A stretch of DNA of 64,000 nt from NCBI GenBank assembly GCA_012295275.1, contig CM022674.1, positions 13,640,001 to 13,704,000 on the forward strand, written 5' to 3'. Numbering within the stretch: position 1 is the stretch's first letter; each line of letters opens with the position of its first letter. Below, piece by piece: positions 55,460 through 64,000 of this stretch. Under the pieces are notes generated by a model. The model made no database searches and was not told the origin of the DNA. It saw nothing but the letters and a program-made list of their open reading frames with translations. A program made the position numbers and the translations under genes. The stretch is from Chrysomallon squamiferum. Lineage: Eukaryota > Animalia > Mollusca.

Positions 55460-55575
55460 TAACAACAACAACAACAGCAACAGCAACAACAACATCTGTT
55501 CTAGAAGATTACATCGATCATTTTCTTTGAGAAATATAGGAATCTTTATCTGTAAATTAATAATAATAATAATAA
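55460..55575 (-). pseudogene. Tandem partial duplicate of TMEM26 exon 3 5' end including the acceptor
   Basis: tttacag|IKIPIFLKENDRCNLLEQMLLL versus true exon IKIPIFLKEDDWCKILEQMLLL; period 110 bp. Confidence 0.88.
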
Positions 55576-55757
55576 TTACAACAACAACAACAATAATAAC
55601 AATAAAATTAATATTAATGACAGTACCAATAACAGCAACAACAACTACAACAACAACAATAATAACAGTAACAACAAAACAATAATACAACAAGAACAAC
55701 AATAGCAACAATAATGATGATGATGACGGTGGTGATGATTTTGATATTGTTATTTAC

Positions 55758-55908
55758 CTGACCAGGTAACACAGTTCCGTGAATTCTTTTATGGACCTTT
55801 ATCTTGTTGTCATGGAAACCATGTAATCGCTTTTCCAGAAGATCTAATTCGAGAAACCAAATTGCTGGTACCGCTATACCGAGATACAGAAACACGCTTG
55901 GACAGATC
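55758..55908 (-). CDS. TMEM26: Transmembrane protein 26, coding exon 2
   Basis: ccaag|G ICPSVFLYLGIAVPAIWFLEL...PGQ |gtaaat; matches the FSPAIFLYL..VPSLWLLEL motif. Confidence 0.9.
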
Positions 55909-56411
55909 CTTGGCAAAAGTACGAAGGAGAGAAGAAAATAATAAGATAAAGAAATATTGAAAGCTTTATGAAAAGAAAGAAAGAAATCAGAAAATTTTAA
56001 AAATCTTAAATAATAGAATGTTCGAAATAAAGAAAGGATAAAAGTAAAATAAACACAATAAAAAAAATACATTTATTCCACAAATTAGATTACCTTTGTA
56101 GATGTAAAATACATTTACAAATAAAAATAAAATAATATGTGTGTATATATATATATATATATTAATGTAGTAAGAAGAAAAAAAAATAAAATAAAATAAA
56201 ATAAAATAAAAAGGCATAGAAAACTAAGCTTCTGTTATTCTGCGGTTTTATTATTTCATTTTTTTTTTTTTTTCCTTCTCGTTTTCTTTATATATAACCT
56301 TTATTATTTTGCCTTACTTTTTTCTTTTGGAACTTAAATAAATTATATAAAATATATATTTCAAAATTAAAAAAAAAAAATTAAAAAAAATTAAAATTAA
56401 ACATTTCTCAC

Positions 56412-56626
56412 CATTTCCACTCTCCACCTTTCTTCTTCTTCACGGTGAAGATCGCTTCAAACACCAGCAAAGGGAGAGAACACGTGAGGCACCAGAACAG
56501 CGGGTTCTCCTTTACAACGACCACCCGCCAAATGCAGACAAAACCGTGAGCGGCAAAGAGAGTCCTGCTCACTAGAGCCTTGATGATTCCAATCGCTGTG
56601 AGCGCTTTCTTCAAACACCTCTTCAT
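56412..56626 (-). CDS. TMEM26: Transmembrane protein 26, coding exon 1
   Basis: KALVSRTLFAAHGFVCIWRV...GGEWKW resembles the TMEM26 N-terminus (ALATRLLFLLHSLVGVWRV...GYKW). Donor TG|gtgaga, phase 2. Confidence 0.9.
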
Positions 56627-56669
56627 GTTTTTAGTAGGACGAGATCTGCTCGCGAGATTTATCTTGTAC

Positions 56670-56975
56670 CAGAAATAATCCTTTAAGATTCTGCTACAGT
56701 ATAAGACTGACCGCTTTGGGTTAAATACCCTGCGGTAAAGAGTCCTTTATGACTTTTGCAGTAATAATAATAACAATAAATGTCCTCAAGATAATTTGTG
56801 TCAGTGATAATAGTCCTACCTGTAGTGATATTACTCTACTGGGAAGAAATAGTCCTCTGAAGGAAGATTTCTTATGCTGTTATATAGACACTAGTCCGAA
56901 GATATTCCTCCAGTAGGAGATAAACCTTTAGTGATGCGGTGATAGTCCTTTTGAAAGTAAATAGTCCTTTACTCA
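56670..56975 (-). repeat. Degenerate ~20-bp repeat (AGGACTAT core) just upstream of the TMEM26 ATG
   Basis: Plus-strand agtcc at 56741, 56812, 56851, 56893, 56944 and 56963. Confidence 0.6.
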
Positions 56976-58189
56976 GTTTATTATCAGGGTGGTAATAATA
57001 ATTATAATTAGACATCAACGTACGTAACTCAAATAATGAAAGACATGTTCTTCAAAACTGCCATCAAACTCTGATACTCTGAAATCCCTGATTTTAAAGC
57101 AGTTCCCTGAAATGACAATAAAACGTACACTGTTCTAAAGTAAAATTCTAAATTCCTGTAATCGTTGTAAGTATAAATTATCTTGTATAAAAAAAAAAAA
57201 AAATTAAATCTGTCCGCAAAAACAAAATTATATTCCAGGTTTCCGAACAAACAGAAATCGCGCTAAATTCTTTTTCTTTTTCTTTATTTTTTTTTTTTTT
57301 TTTTTTTTTTTTGAATTCGTGTAAAATGAAAATCTAGATCTTTGTGTTTTTAAAACAAACTGTTCAATTAATTTTATTCTCCAAAACAAAAGTTCTAGAA
57401 TTCCAAGTTTCAAGACGCAGAAGAAATTGCACTAAATTCCAATGTTACTAGGTAAGATTATAACTCTGATGTTTTAATTTTTTCCCACAGACTGTCCAGT
57501 TTGTTTCATTCACAATTTACAACTCTACGAAAAGAAGAGATATTTCTTTTTCTGAATTCATTCAGAGAATTCGAATACTTTGTATGACTGGAGTTTCGTG
57601 TTTGTTTCTGAGTCACATACGTGAAATGTCGTCATCTCAATTTCGGTTATTTGGTTAATATGATGGTATTTTCGCACCTCGTAACTTGCAGAAACGATTT
57701 TCGTATTGTTAAAATATAAAATTAACCAATGACGACAGGAACTAATGGGAACAAAAATTGGGAACCTTCTTTTCACGTTAACATTAAATACATGAAATAG
57801 GTTTAAATTTTAACTACGCATTTTAAAACGAATCATTTACTTGTAATTGGACACAAAAATTAGCTAATAAAAAAAAAAGATGAAAATAATTTAAAATATG
57901 ATAATCATTTGAAGAAACAAATAAATTATAAATTTGTCCAGTGGTAAGCCAAAATATATATAAATAAATAAATAAATAAAAAATTAATGTAAATTTGAAG
58001 TTTTAATATTTCCATGCAAAAAATTAGTACATAAGTATCGCTATCGAAAATCGTCTGCTGTTAAAGAACCTTAACAGACAAAATTCATTAATTATTTGCG
58101 TAAATCTGGACCTAATATCTGTAATGGTCAAATTAATATCGTTTTGTTCACAGAATAATTGATTCGTTCGATTTATTTTTGATTGTTTT

Positions 58190-58265
58190 TAATATCAAGA
58201 TGGCGCCCTTTCTCTTGCAGACGTGACGGGGTCGGTGTCACGTGACAAAGCGCGAAAATCTTTCT
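58190..58265 (-). promoter_or_regulatory. Candidate TMEM26 promoter
   Basis: YY1-type AAGATGGCG at ~58197 and GTCACGTGAC (USF/TFE E-box) at ~58237 in a CpG-rich patch between the synaptotagmin 3' end and TMEM26. Confidence 0.45.
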
Positions 58266-59096
58266 TCAAACAACACGACTTTTGTTAGATAATTGTAACA
58301 TTTCCTGACTTATTGAGCGTTTTTCTGTTTGATGAATAAGTTTCATTTATAACTTAACTGTTCAGTGTTCATTCAGTCGCTTCTGAATTGTATTTGTGGA
58401 AATGTGTGTCGTGTGTGTATTACTCTTTGTATACAAGTGTATGTGGATGTGTTTGTATGCGTCTGTGTATGAGTATTTATGTATGTATGTACGTGTACGT
58501 ATGAATGTGCCTATGACGGTGATTGTATGTCTAAGTGTATGTATGCATGTATAAATGTTTGTATATGTGTATGTATGTATCTCTGTGTGTGTGTGTGTGT
58601 TTATATATATACACACATATATGTGTATGTGTGTGTTTGTGTGTGTGTATGTATTGTATTTTATGTTTGCTGTATGTTGACATCCATATTTATATTAATA
58701 TACAAAGTAAACTTGATATTAAAGTTTTATTATATTATGACAGTCAAAGGACCGTTATACATAAACACAGTGAAAAAGTAAGTAAATGAAAACAAACACA
58801 GTATTAGTTAACAACAACAGTTTATTATATTTTATTTATGTACAGTCTGAACAGAATCAAATGTTAATTCAAAGGCACTTTATAAAAAAAACAAAAAAAT
58901 TCCAGTAATTATAACTTTTCAAATAAAAATAAAATTATTTGTAAGTTTCCCTCACTGAATACATACTGCATAAATATAATGTTTATAATAATATTAGACA
59001 TATTTACATACATACACACATATATACACACATACATATACTTATATACAATCACATGCAGGCACATGTATAAATATTTTGTTTCTTTTTCTTTAT

Positions 59097-59186
<90 letters not shown>

Positions 59187-59393
59187 CACTAAAGCACTGT
59201 TTGTTGCTAGCTACCTAACAAGGGCCCACGGAACTATAATAAACTATATATATATGTATATACACACACAGAATTATCGTAACGCTATTAAGTAGATCCA
59301 TGTATTATTTAAATAAATAACTATCATTTGATTTTCACAACTTTCTTAAAATCAACCTGTATCCCTTTATATACATAATTAATTAGTATATAT

Positions 59394-59444
<51 letters not shown>

Positions 59445-60225
59445 ATTAAAATGACTATTCTAATTTATTTTATTTTATTTTAAATACAATATATTGCACA
59501 CCGGCCAAATATTAAGGTAAACACGTACCTCACTGGCAATATAATACTTGTATGTACATATCGATGATAATGATGATGATGATGATGATAATAATAATAA
59601 TCATCATAATATTTATAATAATAATAATAATAATAACAGCATAATAATGATTATTATATTAATACTAGTCATTATTGATATTATTTATGAATAACAATAA
59701 TAATAATAATAATAATAATAATTACAGTAATCATATTAATAATAACTATAACAATAGTAAAAATAATAAAAAAGAAGAAATAATAACAGTAAATATATAA
59801 TAGTATGTATATATGTAAGTGTAATGATTTTCAAAATATATATGTATGAAAAATTCAAAGATAACTAACAACAATAGACTCAAGGCGTCAGGAATCAAAA
59901 AAAAAAAAAAATAAAAAAATTAGAGAAAACGAAAGAAATTATTCAAAAAGGAAGAAAGAAAGAATGAAAGAAAAAACGAAAAATCTTTAGTGTTATTTTT
60001 CTGTAAAAATTAAAAATTGTCAGTAACAGTATCTCTCAAAAAATGTAAGTACATGTTATTTTTTATTATTATTTATTTATTTAAGCACAATATTATTTTA
60101 TTACGTGTGCACACATACGCACAGGTTCGCATGTTCACACACATACGTACTCATACTTATTTACGCAAAAAAATGATGATAAACAAAATATATTTTAGTA
60201 TAAGAATGACAATAAGTAAGATGCA

Positions 60226-60270
<45 letters not shown>

Positions 60271-60304
60271 TAACAATCATAATAATAGTAATAGTAATAA
60301 TAAC

Positions 60305-60345
<41 letters not shown>

Positions 60346-60348
60346 GTC

Positions 60349-60383
<35 letters not shown>

Positions 60384-60562
60384 TAATAATAATAATTTAA
60401 AAATAAATAAAACCTATAAAAAGAAAGTTAAATTATAATAAAAAGACCTACGTCAGTTGCACGCCAATTTACATTTCAATAAAACAGCACAAAGACACGT
60501 AAACCATAGGCACTTTTAAAAGAAACGTCTGGGTTTTTTATTTAAAAAATAATAATTTAAAT

Positions 60563-60603
<41 letters not shown>

Positions 60604-60626
60604 GCAAAGCATTAAAAATTCACAGA

Positions 60627-60946
60627 TCAGCTCTGAATTCTGTGCCAGCAAGTAACTTGCTTCCGAGGATTGTTCATCATTTCCCTCCACTGCGCATGCG
60701 CGTCTGTGTCAAAGTTCAGCCCTAAATATAGCCGACCAACCAGCATCTTCGTTGCTTTGTCGCCGGCTGCGTCCTTTTCCTGGTGTAGCACGGTGATGCT
60801 GAAGTAGACTTTGTCCAGCTGCGAGTGCGGCACGTCGAACGTCGTCGTTTCGTTGAAAACGGGGTTGACGTCGTCGGACCACACCTTCGTTTTAGCACGT
60901 TTCGTAATTCTACCGTCCAACATGAGAGCAATTTTTATGACAGTGT
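60627..60946 (-). CDS. Synaptotagmin-15-like protein, terminal C2B exon
   Basis: ttttcag|(D)TVIKIALMLDGRITKRAKTKV...NPVFNETTTFDVP...QWREMMNNPRKQVTCWHRIQS*; WHxL-type C-terminal motif. Confidence 0.93.
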
Positions 60947-61839
60947 CTGAAAAAAAGATGAAGAAGAAGAAAAACATTAAGTAAATTAACAATTTTTTAA
61001 TGTTACTATAGCAACTGATGGTGCAAGTTCGTCTGTACTATACTCACTGATGGGAACGTTTTTTTTTTTTTTTTACGAACTTGGAGAAAGCTGAAGACCG
61101 TTAGTTGTGAAGCGGAGGGGGTAAGGTTAGACAAGGTTAGTTAGTCACCTTACAAGAATTTTTTTTTTTTTTTTTGTAATCTGAAAATGCAGTTTGTTAT
61201 TGGGGGCTGGTGATAGAAAAATTATTGAATTATCTGTTACCTACCTAATTCGTAACATTTTCTAATTCATGGCAGAATGTTATTCATTTATTAAATAAAT
61301 ATTGTGAGTTTTGATTTTTTTTTTTTTTTTTGTACGATATTTTGTGTGTGTGTGTGTCTGAGTCTGCGTGTGATGTTTGTAAAATATGCAAGCACGCGCA
61401 TAATTATAGAAAATAAACAAGTTGATTTCAATGGCTAGAAACCTGACAAAGATTAGCAAATAAACATCACTAATTCCACACTAATACATTGAATATTAAA
61501 TAAAAGTTAGGAGAAGCTTGTCCTCCTCCATATCCCACCACGCCTAGATTTTCAGTACTCTCTGTACTGATTGTTAATCCAGTAGCTAGGTTTAAAACTG
61601 TTAAAATGTTAAATGATGATGTATACTAGTCTTAAGCCTAATGATTAAGCAATACATTGCCGTTAGTCAAATATTATATAAAAAATTATAAAATATATTT
61701 TTAATGTCACACATATAAGATTTCCGCATCTGTTAAATTAATTCTAATAATATTATATTGATTTTGTTGTTTCAGGAGATAAGAAATTCAGTTTAAAAAA
61801 TAAGTTATATTGCATGTATAATAAATTATAATACTTTTA

Positions 61840-62180
61840 CAGATAGAAAGACAAAGAGACAGACAGACAATATACTGACAAACAGATAGACTGACAGGAA
61901 GAAAGATAGATGGACATATGATGATAAATACAGAGATCGATGGATGGATGAATAGATAGACAAACAGATAGAGAGACAGACAGACAGAGATAGATCGACA
62001 GATAGATTGATACATATACAAATAGATAATGGACAAATAGATGCATACATACAGACAAAGAGACAGATCGACAGACTGATTGATACACAGACAGAGTGAT
62101 AATGGACAAAGAGATACAAACATATATACAGACAGACAGACAGATATATAGATAGAGAAAGACTGATATAAAATAGATAG
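61840..62180 (+). repeat. (GACA/GATA)n degenerate tract in the synaptotagmin intron
   Basis: Directly visible. Confidence 0.9.
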
Positions 62181-62309
62181 CAAAGAATGACTGATGGAAA
62201 TTTAGATTCACAATAGAAAAATGATCGATGGACTAATGGAATGGTGGTGACTGGAAAAGTGGTTATGAACAGAACTATGCCTGGACGGATAGATGGATGG
62301 ATGTCGTAC

Positions 62310-62427
62310 CTATTGTTCCTTTTTTGTTCTCCATCACTTTAAGTCCGTGTGCCTTTACTATAGTCAGACTGAGTTTTTCAGCTGTAGGTAAGTACATCAG
62401 AGCAATCTGCACCTCTCCTAGATTCTC
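62310..62427 (-). CDS. Synaptotagmin-15-like protein, C2B exon a
   Basis: ttacag|ENLGEVQIALMYLPTAEKLSLTIVKAHGLKVMENKKGTI G|gtacga; classic LGE...YLPTA.KL start of C2B. Confidence 0.92.
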
Positions 62428-62890
62428 CTGTAATAGTAATAATAACAACTACAACAACGACAACAACAGCAACAGCAATAATAATGATGATAATAATAAT
62501 AATAATAATAATAATAATTATTATAATAATAATAATAACTGATATGATGATGTAATGATGATTATAATGAGCTTTATGGTGATGATATAAATTTTGATGA
62601 TAATTATGATGATCCGTAGTAATAGAAATAATACTAGTTATAGTATTAGAAGCAACAGTAGCAGTTGTGGTTATAGTAATAATAATGGTAGTAGTAGTAG
62701 TAGTGCTTGTAGTAGTAGTAGTAGTAGTAGTAGTTGTAGTAGTAGTAGTAGTAGTAGTAGTAGGGGTCGTAGAAGTAGAAATAGTAATAGTAGTGACAGC
62801 AGTCATGAAAGCATAGATGATTATAAAGAAAAGAAAATGATGAAAACTATAAATAAATAAATAAATAAATAAATAAACAACATTACTCAC

Positions 62891-63412
62891 ATCTACTGGA
62901 GGCTGCAGCTGTTCATTAAATTCAATTTCCGTTTCCGTCTGCCACTCTATATCCAATAACGGAACGGTTATCTCCCCTACTACGATGTGGCGGGAGTATT
63001 TGTCGAAGTCGCAGACGAGCAGTTTAATCGTGTACGACCCAACGTCGTTCGGATCCACAGGCACTATAAACAGCTCATTAAACACAGGGTCGTCAGACCG
63101 GCGAAGTATTTTCGTCTGGAACTCCACATCGAGGTTGTTGATCATCTGCTCACGTGACGGTTTCCCGCGAAACGTGAAGAAGTGTTTTGGCGCGTGGTAG
63201 AGCCTCACTTTCACGTAGGGCGTCATGGCGCCGTGCGGCTCGGTAGCCGAGAAGTTGGTGAGGTTGACGACGCGAATGCTCAGTTTTCCGTCCACCCGGT
63301 CGTACATGAGTTTGAAAGCGAGGCGAGCTTCTTGGTAGATGTACAACGTAGGCGACGCCGGCGCCTCTGGTGAACTAGATGATGAGCGTAAACCCTCTTT
63401 CTTTGATCGATC
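62891..63412 (-). CDS. Synaptotagmin-15-like tandem C2 protein, C2A exon
   Basis: tttacag|DRSKK...LMYD...PYVKVRL...FQTKILRRSDDPVFNELF...DFDKYSRHIVVGEITVPL...PPVD|gtgagt. Confidence 0.92.
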
Positions 63413-63781
63413 CTGTAAATACATTATTATTAGTTGTAGTGATAGTAGTAGTAGTAGTAGTAGTAGTAGTGATAGTAGTAGTAGTAGTACTAGTAATTCT
63501 ATTTTTGTCAGTCAAGTGATAGTAGCAGCATTAATATCAAAACCAGCAGTTGTTGTAGTAGTTGTAGTAGTAGTAGTGGTAGTAGTAGTAGTAGTAGTAA
63601 TTATATTTTTATCAGTCAAGTGTTAGTAGCAGCAGTAATATCAGAACCAGCAGTTGTTGTAGTAGTTGTAGTAGTAACAGTAGTAATAATACCAGTAATA
63701 GTTGTAGTACGTAGTTAGTAGTAGTAGTAGTAGTAGTAGCAGCAGTAGTAGTAGTAGTAGTAGACTGTAGTAGTAGTAGTT

Positions 63782-63817
<36 letters not shown>

Positions 63818-63961
63818 ATAGTAGTAGTAGTAGTTAGTAGTAGTAGTAGCCGAAGTAGTAGTAGAGGTAGTATTATATCTACACAAAGGCTAACACGATC
63901 ATAAACACAAACACAAGAAACATTTAGACGTTTAGATCTACACATTTACTGGTCCCGGTAC

Positions 63962-64000
63962 CTGTTTCATTTCTATGATGTCCGCGTCCGACCAGTCGGA
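63962..64000 (-). CDS. Synaptotagmin-like gene, partial exon (SDWSDADIIEMKQ), truncated by window edge
   Basis: Open frame ending CAG|gtaccg, phase 0, compatible with the next exon. An alternative in-frame donor lies 12 nt further on (CCA|gtaaat). Confidence 0.6.

Overview
This is AT-rich, microsatellite-saturated animal genomic DNA. Gene content and composition suggest a lophotrochozoan invertebrate, possibly a cephalopod or other mollusc (inference only). Four protein-coding genes can be assembled with phase-consistent GT-AG exons: (1) a rhodopsin-class peptide-receptor-like GPCR on + (32599-36451); (2) a Q50 paired-class homeobox gene on + (4 exons, 41885-50788); (3) TMEM26 on - (4 exons, 56626-54390, extending to 53821 across an apparent 1-nt frameshift); (4) the 3' part of a tandem-C2 synaptotagmin-15-like gene on -, which runs off the right edge. 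The first ~32 kb has no credible CDS and consists of microsatellites separated by CpG- and motif-rich islands. The most unusual locus is the GPCR. Its main coding exon is bracketed by a ~250-bp, ~90%-identical inverted repeat. The enclosed 3' UTR carries a minisatellite built from TTAYGTAA D-box palindromes. The upstream exon has a chain of ATGA stop-start overlapped uORFs running into the receptor frame. Most ORFs in the supplied track are microsatellite artefacts. No CRISPR, rRNA or intact transposon was seen.
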